A DNA stretch of 45,600 bases from a virus (lineage: Duplodnaviria; Caudoviricetes): positions 1 to 45,600 of the IMG/VR virus record IMGVR_UViG_3300033407_000031; one strand, written 5' to 3'. Position numbers and translations under genes: made by a program. Below, piece after piece: positions 34,269-41,773 of the stretch; the first letter of the stretch is position 1, and every line of letters starts with the position of its first letter. Under the pieces are notes generated by a model. That model did not search any database and was not told the origin of the DNA. It saw only the letters and a list, made by a program, of their open reading frames with translations.

Positions 34269-35629
34269 ACAACTCCTTGTCTAGCCTTAACCTCCGCTAG
34301 TCTCCCAAGCGCCAGGTTGTAGTGCTCAGGGTCTATCTCGCACCCGATCGCTTGCCGGCCGAGGCGAAGCGCCGCACAGAGCGTCGCTGCGCTCCCGGCG
34401 AAGGGATCGAGAACGACCTCACCCTTAACCGTGCTCTGCTCGATGAGGAACTCAAGGAGCGCCGGGGGCTTCTCGAACGGGTGGAGCTTGAGGTTTGAAT
34501 GGACTGGAGGGAACTCGAGAATCGACTTCGTGGGCTTGACGAGACGGCGAGATCGCTTCGCTCGGTGGCCAAAGATGAGCTGCTCGTAACAGGACGGATA
34601 GTTATACCCGGTGAAGACGGTCGTGGCGAGTCCCTTATTCCAGATGAGGGGCTGGACCTCCAGGTCGAAGCCAAGAGAGGTAAGGAGCTCCCAGATCTCG
34701 GTGTGGTTCTCGCTGGTTGTGAAGAGATAAAGATGTGCTCCATCCTTCATGACTCGGGAGAGCTCCCGACCAACCTCCGCAAGGAGCTTTAGGACCGTTG
34801 AGGAGGAGAGGTTGTCCCCCGGCTTGAGCCGGGTCGTGTAGTTAACACCCTCCCGAGCCTCCCCCTCCCGATCCGCGAGCTCCGTCATCCCGTACGGCGG
34901 GTCTGTCACGACGAGGTCGACTGAGCCACTCTGGAGCGTCAGGAGAAACGGGTACGCCGGTCCGAGGTGGAACTGCGAGGTGATGTGGAGCTGGCCGGAG
35001 GTCCGAAGTCGATCGAGGCGCTCAGCCTCCTCAAACCTCTGAATCTGCTTCATTGCGGCAGTCATTGGCAGGCCCACCACCCGATCTGCCAAATCTGGAC
35101 GTTCTTTCAACTTCAGGGCGAATCGAATCTGTCTCTGCACCGAACTCTTTTCCATCTGGAGCTCCTCCGCTGTCCTTCCCATCGTCCATTCGACTGGATC
35201 GTTCTCATGCACCTTCTTCTTAACCGCGTCGATCTCCGCAACGAGGGCGATCCGCTCCTGCCAAGTAAGACTCGAGCGATGGATGTTTTCGTCGAGCTCG
35301 ATCTCCCTTTGTTCCAGCGGGCTAAGGCCCTCGAAGAGACAAACAGGAACCTCCCGAAGGGGAATCTGCGCACAGGCCCGGAGCCTCCGTTCCCCCGCAA
35401 CGAGCTTGTAGAGCCTCTCGTCGACTGGCTTCTCGAGCCTCGTCACCGTAATGGGGTTGATGAGGCCTCGTTCTCGAATGGACTCTCGAAGGGACTCGAT
35501 CTCGGCCGGCTTGAACTCTCGTCGAGCCCGATCGGAGGGGACTAGGATGGAGGAGAGAAGGACAGTGAGTCGGGGTTGGGCCTCCCGGTCCGTCACTTCG
35601 CAAGCTGTGTCCATTGACGTCCTTTCCAC
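34265..35629 (-). CDS. ParB N-terminal domain fused to a beta-class N4/N6 DNA methyltransferase (start uncertain; GTG at 35596 possible)
   Basis: ParB motifs GLINPITV, LVAGERRLRA and ELDENIHR. MTase motif IV TDPPY precedes HPFEKP and motif I VLDPFAGS. Confidence 0.9.
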   Translation of the reverse strand: MERTSMDTACEVTDREAQPRLTVLLSSILVPSDRARREFKPAEIESLRESIRERGLINPITVTRLEKPVDERLYKLVAGERRLRACAQIPLREVPVCLFEGLSPLEQREIELDENIHRSSLTWQERIALVAEIDAVKKKVHENDPVEWTMGRTAEELQMEKSSVQRQIRFALKLKERPDLADRVVGLPMTAAMKQIQRFEEAERLDRLRTSGQLHITSQFHLGPAYPFLLTLQSGSVDLVVTDPPYGMTELADREGEAREGVNYTTRLKPGDNLSSSTVLKLLAEVGRELSRVMKDGAHLYLFTTSENHTEIWELLTSLGFDLEVQPLIWNKGLATTVFTGYNYPSCYEQLIFGHRAKRSRRLVKPTKSILEFPPVHSNLKLHPFEKPPALLEFLIEQSTVKGEVVLDPFAGSAATLCAALRLGRQAIGCEIDPEHYNLALGRLAEVKARQGVV

Positions 35630-36270
35630 TTGTTAGCAAACTTCTCTAGGGCTTGTTTCTCGAGAGAACGCCACTCTGGCCCCGCGGTCTGGGAGCCCCA
35701 GTGCCAGACCACGAGGCTTTGATGTCGAAGGAAGGACCATCCAGCCTTGCTGGCTCGAAGGCACCAGTCAAGATCCTCGCAGTAACCCGGGTCGAACAGT
35801 TTGTCGAGCTGACCAACCTCTCGAAGGGCTTGGGCTCGAAGGAGGATCCAGAAGAAGGATAGGCAGTCAAGCCAAGGATGCTCCAGTACCGCTTCCGACT
35901 GGTCCCATAGTTGCCGTCTCGCTCCGTAGTTGGTGAGGGGCCCGACTCCGGCCACCTTTCGGTCGAACCTAGAGTAGTCCAAGGTGCTGAGGCACTCATA
36001 CCAGTTCGGAGTCAGCGGTATCGTATCGTCGTTGACGAGGAGGATGTCCTCTCGGAGTCCGAGGAGCTCGAACCCTCGATTGACTTGGGAGGAAAAGCCT
36101 CGAGCTGGCTCGACCAGGACAAACACGTCTAAGGGCCTCAGCTGTGCGCTGAGCTCCTCCCCGACTGGTCCAATGACGTAGAGTGGAACCCCTGGAGCTT
36201 GGGCCCGGTGAACTGCGACCGTCGGGAGGAGAAGCGGGTGCGCGGCGAGGGTCGGGATGAGGATCTTCAC
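35593..36270 (-). CDS. family 2 glycosyltransferase
   Basis: KILIPT, GFSSQVNRG, DILLVNDD, GYCEDLDWCLRA, VWHWGSQT. Confidence 0.85.
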   Translation of the reverse strand: MKILIPTLAAHPLLLPTVAVHRAQAPGVPLYVIGPVGEELSAQLRPLDVFVLVEPARGFSSQVNRGFELLGLREDILLVNDDTIPLTPNWYECLSTLDYSRFDRKVAGVGPLTNYGARRQLWDQSEAVLEHPWLDCLSFFWILLRAQALREVGQLDKLFDPGYCEDLDWCLRASKAGWSFLRHQSLVVWHWGSQTAGPEWRSLEKQALEKFANKWKGRQWTQLAK

Positions 36271-36488
36271 GGAGTCGTCTCCTTTGGACCAAGCACTAAG
36301 TCTACGATTTGCTCCGCTAGCTCGTTCCGTACAGTCTCGAGAATCCTACCTTGGGATCGTATTAGCTCCTCGTCTTCGACGGTGGCGGATGCTTCGATGT
36401 CTACGGAGGCAAAGACTGTTCGTTCGCGCCTTCCTGGACCAAACTCAACTTGGAAGACGATTTGTTCTCGAAGCTCATCTCGAGTCAT
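36267..36488 (-). CDS. hypothetical protein (73 aa)
   Basis: GGAG RBS, GTGA coupling to the glycosyltransferase. Confidence 0.65.
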   Translation of the reverse strand: MTRDELREQIVFQVEFGPGRRERTVFASVDIEASATVEDEELIRSQGRILETVRNELAEQIVDLVLGPKETTP

Positions 36489-36624
36489 CAGTGGAGCTCC
36501 GATCGGTCATTGCGATGAGGAAGAGACCGAGCCCGACGAGGAGACAAAGTGGCCGGGCCTTCTCGTATCCGTACTGAGGGGCCATGGCAAGAGCGATAAC
36601 GGTGGCCCAGAGGAGAAGTCGCAA
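36475..36624 (-). CDS. small two-TM membrane protein (49 aa; not in the ORF track)
   Basis: Hand translation from TTG 36624: MRLLLWATVIALAMAPQYGYEKARPLCLLVGLGLFLIAMTDRSSTDDSR. Confidence 0.5.
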   Translation of the reverse strand: MRLLLWATVIALAMAPQYGYEKARPLCLLVGLGLFLIAMTDRSSTDDSR

Positions 36625-36626
36625 GG

Positions 36627-36917
36627 TTAACCCCCCGGATGAAGCTTTGCTCGGACTGCAGCGTCCTTTGCTTCAAGCAACTTACGGAGCGCCACCGTAC
36701 GTTCGGGACCCGGTTCGATCTTCTCCACGATTAGATCAGCTACGTCGCGAAACCACTTCGAAACCTCCTGAAGCCCTAGAGGTAGGTGCTTGTACTCGAA
36801 CCACGTCATCATCCATTCGCCCATCGTTACGATCCTTTCTGCACCGAGCTTACCGCGCTCTTCTGGGTACACCCTGACGAAGCATCCTTGGTGTGTATCC
36901 CAATGAAACTCTCTCAT
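36627..36917 (-). CDS. small helical-hairpin protein, possibly Acb2/Tad1-like
   Basis: FEYKHLPLGLQEVSKWF...PERTVALRKLLEAKDAAVRA matches a recurrent phage family with a helical-hairpin layout. AAAGGA RBS. Confidence 0.6.
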   Translation of the reverse strand: MREFHWDTHQGCFVRVYPEERGKLGAERIVTMGEWMMTWFEYKHLPLGLQEVSKWFRDVADLIVEKIEPGPERTVALRKLLEAKDAAVRAKLHPGG

Positions 36918-36936
36918 AGAATCCTTTCGATCGAGA

Positions 36937-37098
36937 TCACAGGCGGCCTAAGAGCAGTAGGATGATCACGATGATCAGGATGAGCCCGATGAGACTGCTG
37001 CCGCCAGTGAAGAGGTGGTTGCCGGTATGCCAACCGTAACCACCGCCCATCAAGGCGAAGATCAGGATCACGATCAGAATCATCACGAGTATGTTCAT
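36937..37098 (-). CDS. DUF3309-like small membrane protein
   Basis: MNILVMILIVILIFALMGGGYGW...GLILIIVIILLLLGRL: two TM helices with a Gly/aromatic loop and an LLGRL end. AAAGGA RBS. Confidence 0.65.
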   Translation of the reverse strand: MNILVMILIVILIFALMGGGYGWHTGNHLFTGGSSLIGLILIIVIILLLLGRL

Positions 37099-37117
37099 AG
37101 CTCGATCCTTTCTGAGG

Positions 37118-37321
37118 TTATGCCGCATAGTCCCTTGGCGATCCTCGTAGATGTTCGTACTGCTTCTGCGCCTTCTCGAACCGATCCGTAACCCGATCCA
37201 GATGATCCTTCGCCCTTCGGTGAGCTTCCTCGGCAAGGCACACCTCCGTTCTCAGCGCTATTAGGCTGGTGATCACCTCGTGAAGTTGTGTGGCTGTAAT
37301 CCACTCGGTTTGCGAGATCAC
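37118..37321 (-). CDS. small coiled-coil protein
   Basis: GGAG RBS before the GTG. Helical composition. Confidence 0.55.
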   Translation of the reverse strand: MISQTEWITATQLHEVITSLIALRTEVCLAEEAHRRAKDHLDRVTDRFEKAQKQYEHLRGSPRDYAA

Positions 37322-37349
37322 TACTTTGCTCCAGGTAGAATCTTCACCT

Positions 37350-37718
37350 TCACTTTGCGACAGCGTCGAATGCTTTACCGTCTCCGGCCAGGCTCAGGTG
37401 CAGCCCAGTCACTCCGGTTGGGTCCATCGAGCTGAGGCGCACGATCTGGACGATGCGATGGCGCCTCGGTGCGAACACGGTCGGCGGCCACGTGATGCTT
37501 CCGCTCCAGATGTAGATGCTGCCATTGCTCCAATGTGAGCCCTGATAGTGCGTCTCAGCGGCCGGCATCGACGCCGGCGTGTAGTGGAGACCAGATGAGA
37601 GCACCGAGGTCGTCCGTAGCCCGATCCACAGCAGGGCGTTCGGGAGGTCCGCCGAGGCGGAAAGTGCCATCATGCTGACGACGAGCAAGCCAACGACAAA
37701 TCTTGTTGCCTGTGTCAT
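37350..37718 (-). CDS. possible secreted protein (signal-peptide-like N-terminus)
   Basis: MTQATRFVVGLLVVSMMALSASA-D with an AGGA RBS. Overlaps the 3' end of 37555..37986, so it is uncertain. Confidence 0.4.
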   Translation of the reverse strand: MTQATRFVVGLLVVSMMALSASADLPNALLWIGLRTTSVLSSGLHYTPASMPAAETHYQGSHWSNGSIYIWSGSITWPPTVFAPRRHRIVQIVRLSSMDPTGVTGLHLSLAGDGKAFDAVAK

Positions 37719-37986
37719 GGTAGATGTATCCTGAGTCTCCCCCCGCTAGGGGAATCCAGTAGATCAGCGTACCGTCCGTCGTGACGGTTGCGAACACGTC
37801 GGCCTCAAGTTGCGGGATGCGATCGAGTACCAGCGTCGCACTGCCATCGTCGAATCGCACCTCGATCTGCTCGCCGGCACCTCCGGGCCGGCTGCTGTGT
37901 TGTGCAATCACGTAGGCGAACATGAGTACGGTGCCCAAGAACGCAATGCCGATGATCTCACCGATCGCCCAGCGTGGTACTCTCAT
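37555..37986 (-). CDS. membrane-anchored hypothetical protein
   Basis: Starts at the ATG of the junction motif. N-terminal TM segment (IIGIAFLGTVLMFAYVIA). Confidence 0.6.
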   Translation of the reverse strand: MRVPRWAIGEIIGIAFLGTVLMFAYVIAQHSSRPGGAGEQIEVRFDDGSATLVLDRIPQLEADVFATVTTDGTLIYWIPLAGGDSGYIYHDTGNKICRWLARRQHDGTFRLGGPPERPAVDRATDDLGALIWSPLHAGVDAGR

Positions 37987-38432
37987 GACTTGTCCTCCGT
38001 TAAACAAACCACATCAGCGATCAGGTCTCGATCGTCACACACTCTCTCGATATTATAGTACTCCGCGACAGGACCGACAGCAATTTGCTTCTCCGCAGCG
38101 ATCAACTGCTTCCATCGCTGCATAGCGATGGACCAGTTGGCTGCGACAACGTATATCGACCGACCTTCACTCTGGATCCGATAGAGATTCCTCTCGTGAG
38201 TCGACTTGGGCTCCTGCTTCGCGAGTGTCTGTTCAATCTGTGCGCACGCCCAGTCGATCTTCTCGTCAGGCATGCTGTCGACAATGGCCTCTATGGGCTT
38301 ATTGGGGAATCCAGGTGAATACATCGAGATAAACATCTGGCGTGACCCAGGTGTCAAACGCGGGATGGCATCCTTCATGAACTGTCGGACGCCCTCGTAT
38401 GCGGCTTTCATGCTGTCGCTGTGGATGGTCAT
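37983..38432 (-). CDS. hypothetical protein (149 aa), cassette gene
   Basis: Begins and ends in junction motifs. Ends EDKS. Confidence 0.75.
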   Translation of the reverse strand: MTIHSDSMKAAYEGVRQFMKDAIPRLTPGSRQMFISMYSPGFPNKPIEAIVDSMPDEKIDWACAQIEQTLAKQEPKSTHERNLYRIQSEGRSIYVVAANWSIAMQRWKQLIAAEKQIAVGPVAEYYNIERVCDDRDLIADVVCLTEDKS

Positions 38433-38689
38433 GACTTGGACTCCTTCGCTTCGTGTGTCCCGATATTGGTGGGGTACTCGATGTAGGAAATATCAGCATA
38501 GTTTACCGTGGCCACCAACTGCTCACCACGGTATACCTCAATAAAATGGAGACTATTCTCCGCATAGTATCCGTAAGGTACTCCGACGAACCTCTCTCCA
38601 TCGTTCGGGCAAGTGCGTGGAAGCTCCTGGTCACCGTGCGGGATATAGATGAACGATGCAATAGCGCGTGGCTTGGAACCTGGAATCAT
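38429..38689 (-). CDS. hypothetical protein (86 aa), cassette gene
   Basis: ATG in the motif at 38686 (MIPGSKP). Ends KESKS. Confidence 0.7.
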   Translation of the reverse strand: MIPGSKPRAIASFIYIPHGDQELPRTCPNDGERFVGVPYGYYAENSLHFIEVYRGEQLVATVNYADISYIEYPTNIGTHEAKESKS

Positions 38690-38862
38690 GACTTGACCTC
38701 CTTCGCTTTCCCCTCCTGCTCCCGCTGCTCCCGCCGCAAGCACCGCCCGCACAGGGGATAACCCTCTTCGTACAGGCCCCACTGGACCTCGATCACATCG
38801 TCGTAGCCGTCAGGTCCGACGAAGCGGCCGCATCTGGAGCAGTTCAATGGCCTACGCTTCAC
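38686..38862 (-). CDS. small CxxC...CxxC protein (58 aa; not in the ORF track)
   Basis: Hand translation: MKRRPLNCSRCGRFVGPDGYDDVIEVQWGLYEEGYPLCGRCLRREQREQEGKAKEVKS. GTGA coupling. Confidence 0.7.
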   Translation of the reverse strand: MKRRPLNCSRCGRFVGPDGYDDVIEVQWGLYEEGYPLCGRCLRREQREQEGKAKEVKS

Positions 38863-39038
38863 GCCTTGGTTTCCCGATTCCGCCGCTTCTGTAGCAGCTC
38901 TCGAAACGTCTCCAGCTCATCCCGGACAGTCTCACGCCGCAGCTGCTCGCAGTCCGGGCACAAATTGGTAGACCATTTCCCCTCAGGTTCTGTGCAACGG
39001 CCAGCGAATTGGCCGTAGCCGGGGCAGTAGTCGGTCAT
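38859..39038 (-). CDS. small Cys-rich protein (59 aa; not in the ORF track), paralog of 39035..39217
   Basis: Hand translation: MTDYCPGYGQFAGRCTEPEGKWSTNLCPDCEQLRRETVRDELETFRELLQKRRNRETKA. Confidence 0.75.
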   Translation of the reverse strand: MTDYCPGYGQFAGRCTEPEGKWSTNLCPDCEQLRRETVRDELETFRELLQKRRNRETKA

Positions 39039-39217
39039 GACTTGGACTCCAGCTTCCTACGCTCTTTCAAGTTTGCGATAAACGCATTCAGCTCGCGGCT
39101 AATCGTCTCGCGCCGCAGCTCATCGCACCGTTGGCACCAGTACGGCGACCACGGTGTGCCGGCGGGCTCCGTGCACTTGCCCTCGAGCGGTCCGTAGCCT
39201 AGGCAGCGGTCGGTCAT
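39035..39217 (-). CDS. small Cys-rich protein (60 aa), cassette gene
   Basis: MTDRCLGYGPLEGKCTEPAGTPWSPYWCQRCDELRRETISRELNAF...LESKS, from the motif ATG. Confidence 0.75.
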   Translation of the reverse strand: MTDRCLGYGPLEGKCTEPAGTPWSPYWCQRCDELRRETISRELNAFIANLKERRKLESKS

Positions 39218-39540
39218 GACTTGAGCTCCTTTTCCGGTAACTGCTCGATCTGAATGCCGAACACGAACGGCATCGCTGCGTCCCGAAGGTCTTCTGGCAC
39301 TGCCTCGGAAGCTAATTGCTTGATCGCGGAATACAGGTGAGAACAGACGCCAAGGATATTCTTGCCTGAACCAACCAGCACGCCACGACGGCCACATATG
39401 GAGCACCGGATCTGGACCATTCGCTCAAGGTTGTGCTTCCTCAGTGCTCGCAGCCTCGCACACTCATCGCTAAGCCGCTGGAGGTCAGCTCCGAAGTCGC
39501 GTGGCGTTGCGCTGGTCGCGGAGTTTGTCGTGTCGGTCAT
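39214..39540 (-). CDS. hypothetical protein with CxxC, cassette gene
   Basis: MTDTTNS... from the motif ATG. Ends EKELKS. Confidence 0.7.
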   Translation of the reverse strand: MTDTTNSATSATPRDFGADLQRLSDECARLRALRKHNLERMVQIRCSICGRRGVLVGSGKNILGVCSHLYSAIKQLASEAVPEDLRDAAMPFVFGIQIEQLPEKELKS

Positions 39541-39821
39541 GACTTGGACTCCAGCTCGCCGCGTAGCGTACGCAGCCATGCATCTCGTGCGGCCACGAGC
39601 TCACTTGTGATCTGAGCACGGGTCTTCACGCTGCCGTCAAGGTTCTGGTTGAATGGATTGATCGTCTGCCGAAACGTGCGCGTTTCCTGGCGCCGCTTGC
39701 TGTGCTCGTCGCGCCAAGTCCGGAACCCTGTCACCGATACCTCGTCGAATGTGACTCGCATGCCATCGTACTCCATCAAATCCCCCGCCGCCGGATCTCT
39801 CCGGAGACGGGGGGTGATCAC
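39537..39821 (-). CDS. hypothetical protein (94 aa)
   Basis: Contains TFRQTINPFN...KTRAQI. Ends GELESKS in the junction motif. Confidence 0.7.
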   Translation of the reverse strand: MITPRLRRDPAAGDLMEYDGMRVTFDEVSVTGFRTWRDEHSKRRQETRTFRQTINPFNQNLDGSVKTRAQITSELVAARDAWLRTLRGELESKS

Positions 39822-40213
39822 CCGATGATCTTCGGCTCGACGAAGCCCGCGTCGGAGGCGATCGAGTTGATCGCGACGCTCTGGGCATCCCAGAGGGCCT
39901 GGCCCTCGAACCGGTTCGACATCTCGTACACCATGGTGGTGCCCTCGAAGTCCGGGTCATCACTCCCGACGAAGACCTCGACCCGATGCACGTCGACCTG
40001 CTCCGACCGAGGCGGAGCAGTGTCGCCCCAGTCGTAGTGCTCGAGCGCCAGCATGCCATCAGTGAGCTTGCGCTGACCTGCGTAGAGCTCCGGCAGGCTC
40101 TTGAAGGTCGCGATCCCCAGGTCGTCGCTCCCGTCGCCCTTCGGCCACCGCCGCAGGCCCTGGCGAGCACTTTGCTGCCCGTGCATCACGTACGTGAACC
40201 CATTTTCGGCCAT
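39818..40213 (-). CDS. hypothetical protein (131 aa)
   Basis: ATG 40213 after AAAGGGG. GC3-rich codons. Confidence 0.7.
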   Translation of the reverse strand: MAENGFTYVMHGQQSARQGLRRWPKGDGSDDLGIATFKSLPELYAGQRKLTDGMLALEHYDWGDTAPPRSEQVDVHRVEVFVGSDDPDFEGTTMVYEMSNRFEGQALWDAQSVAINSIASDAGFVEPKIIG

Positions 40214-40269
40214 TGTTGGCCCCTTTCGAAAATGCGTGCGCCGTCGCACAAGGTGGAGAAGAAACCTGC

Positions 40270-40305
40270 AAAAGGGCCAAGGGGGAGACACCTCCCCCCT
40301 GACCC
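40270..40305 (-). terminator. intrinsic terminator-like hairpin after the SSB-like gene
   Basis: - strand GGTCAGGGGGGAG-GTGT-CTCCCCCTTGGCC followed by CTTTTG. Confidence 0.55.
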
Positions 40306-40320
40306 CGGCGAAGAAGAAAC

Positions 40321-40746
40321 TCACGCCTCCGGCGGGAGGTAATCTCGAACGTTCGAGTAAAGCTCCGACTCACCGGTCTCCTTGTTCTGCCCGGCCCGTT
40401 GGGTGATCAGCAGGCGGACCACCCGCTGGTTGAGGGCCTCGGGATCAAGCTGCCCCTTTGCGGGGATGTACCCTGAGCTCGTGCAAAGGTGCTTGACCAT
40501 CACTCGACCCGCAGAGAGCGGATCCGCATCGATCCAGATCTTGTGAGTGATGATCCGATTGTTCGCGGCCTCGTCGTACTGAGGGAGGATCTGACTCTTC
40601 ACCGTGAAGGTGTTGACCTCCCGACCGTCCTTCCCTTGCTCCTCAGCAAGGACGGGAACGTCGATGATGCGGGCCTCGTAAACTCCGGCCGGAATCGGAG
40701 GAACGCGATCCGGTGTTGCGTCGTAGTCAAAGTCAAGAAGGGTCAT
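40321..40746 (-). CDS. DUF669-like single-stranded DNA-binding protein
   Basis: PIPAGVYEARIID...YSNVRDYLP OB-fold pattern, next to the Sak4-like ATPase. Confidence 0.75.
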   Translation of the reverse strand: MTLLDFDYDATPDRVPPIPAGVYEARIIDVPVLAEEQGKDGREVNTFTVKSQILPQYDEAANNRIITHKIWIDADPLSAGRVMVKHLCTSSGYIPAKGQLDPEALNQRVVRLLITQRAGQNKETGESELYSNVRDYLPPEA

Positions 40747-41498
40747 GGGGTCTTCTCTCTGTTAAGGGTGGAAAGGATCTCGGGGAGTCCCTGAGTCATG
40801 TCGGTTGGATCCGGGAGCTGAAAGCGGGTTCGTGCGATTACGTCCGCGGTGGAGATCGTGCGGAGACAGAACCGAGTCTTGCCCCCTGGGGCGTCTCGGG
40901 CCTCTGCGAACCATACTTCATCGAAGGGTCCCATTATCAGGTCAGGAAGGTTACGTCCGTAAACGCCGAGCCTCGGAACGGTCCGCTTGTTTTTCTCAGA
41001 GCCGATCTCGACAAGCTGAGTGTGAGCGATGAGGATCGAAAGGATCGGGAGGTTCCGGAGCATGAATGCGACGTTCTGGACCTCGAGAATCGCAGCTCCC
41101 CAGTCCTGGATCGCTGGGTTGACGTTCTCGGCTTTGCCAGCTCGGAGCATGGTTGTTCGGAGCGCCGAGGTCGCGACGGCGGATAGGGAGTCAATGCAGA
41201 TCGCCTCGAAGGGGAAGTCCCCTTTGCGGATTCGTCGCTGAACCTCGAGAATGTAGTTCTTGACCTCATCGAGCATCCGAGGGGACTTGAGGTCCGGGTC
41301 GGAGAACTGCTTGACGTCGACTTTGTGGCGCTCAGGGGTAAATCGGTCTGCGAGGAATGCTCCGCTCGAGACTCCGGCCTCGAGGTCGAGAAAGTGCAGG
41401 CGCTCCCCGAGCGTCAGGACGAAACAGGTCTTCCCGGTGCCCGGAGGACCGTAGATCAGAACGGACTGGACCTTCGGATTGAGCTCGCCTAGCTTCAT
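40743..41498 (-). CDS. AAA_24 / Sak4-like ATPase (recombinase)
   Basis: VLIYGPPGTGKT, FLDLEAG, ICIDSLS, ILIAH, FDEVWF. Confidence 0.85.
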   Translation of the reverse strand: MKLGELNPKVQSVLIYGPPGTGKTCFVLTLGERLHFLDLEAGVSSGAFLADRFTPERHKVDVKQFSDPDLKSPRMLDEVKNYILEVQRRIRKGDFPFEAICIDSLSAVATSALRTTMLRAGKAENVNPAIQDWGAAILEVQNVAFMLRNLPILSILIAHTQLVEIGSEKNKRTVPRLGVYGRNLPDLIMGPFDEVWFAEARDAPGGKTRFCLRTISTADVIARTRFQLPDPTDMTQGLPEILSTLNREKTP

Positions 41499-41761
41499 CG
41501 AGAGGCTCCTAAGACTCCAACGAGGTTAGCGACGTTGTCCCGATCCACTACGTAGTAACGGACTCGCCCGCTCTTGAATGTTCGAAGGAGATTCACCTGA
41601 CCCAGGTTCTTTAGGTGCCTGGAGCAAAGCGAGTCACTGATTGCAAGGTCCCGAGCGAGACTCCGAACCGGCCTGGCTCGCCCGTCGAGAAGGATCCTAA
41701 GTGCCCCAAGGCGAAGGGCGTTCGCAAGGGAGGCGAATTGTTGCTCCGGAGTAACATCCAT
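41495..41761 (-). CDS. ArsR/SmtB-family winged-helix transcription regulator
   Basis: FASLANALRLGALRIL...VRSLARDLAISDSLCSRHLKNL...KSGRVRYY. Confidence 0.8.
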   Translation of the reverse strand: MDVTPEQQFASLANALRLGALRILLDGRARPVRSLARDLAISDSLCSRHLKNLGQVNLLRTFKSGRVRYYVVDRDNVANLVGVLGASR

Positions 41762-41773
41762 GAGATCGGTTCC

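Larger units (their letters stand above)
37983..39552 (-). repeat. six copies of the gene-junction motif GGAG-NN-CAAGTCATGA
   Basis: + strand TCATGACTTG-NN-CTCC at 37983, 38429, 38686, 39035, 39214 and 39537. Confidence 0.9.

Noticed and set aside
34265-35629. Plasmid-prophage partition system
   Set aside because: The ParB domain is fused to a methyltransferase, and no ParA or Rep gene was recognised.
37983-39552. Junction repeats as a CRISPR array or integron attC sites
   Set aside because: Spacers are 160-430 bp whole genes, the repeats lack attC hairpin structure, and no cas or integrase gene is present.
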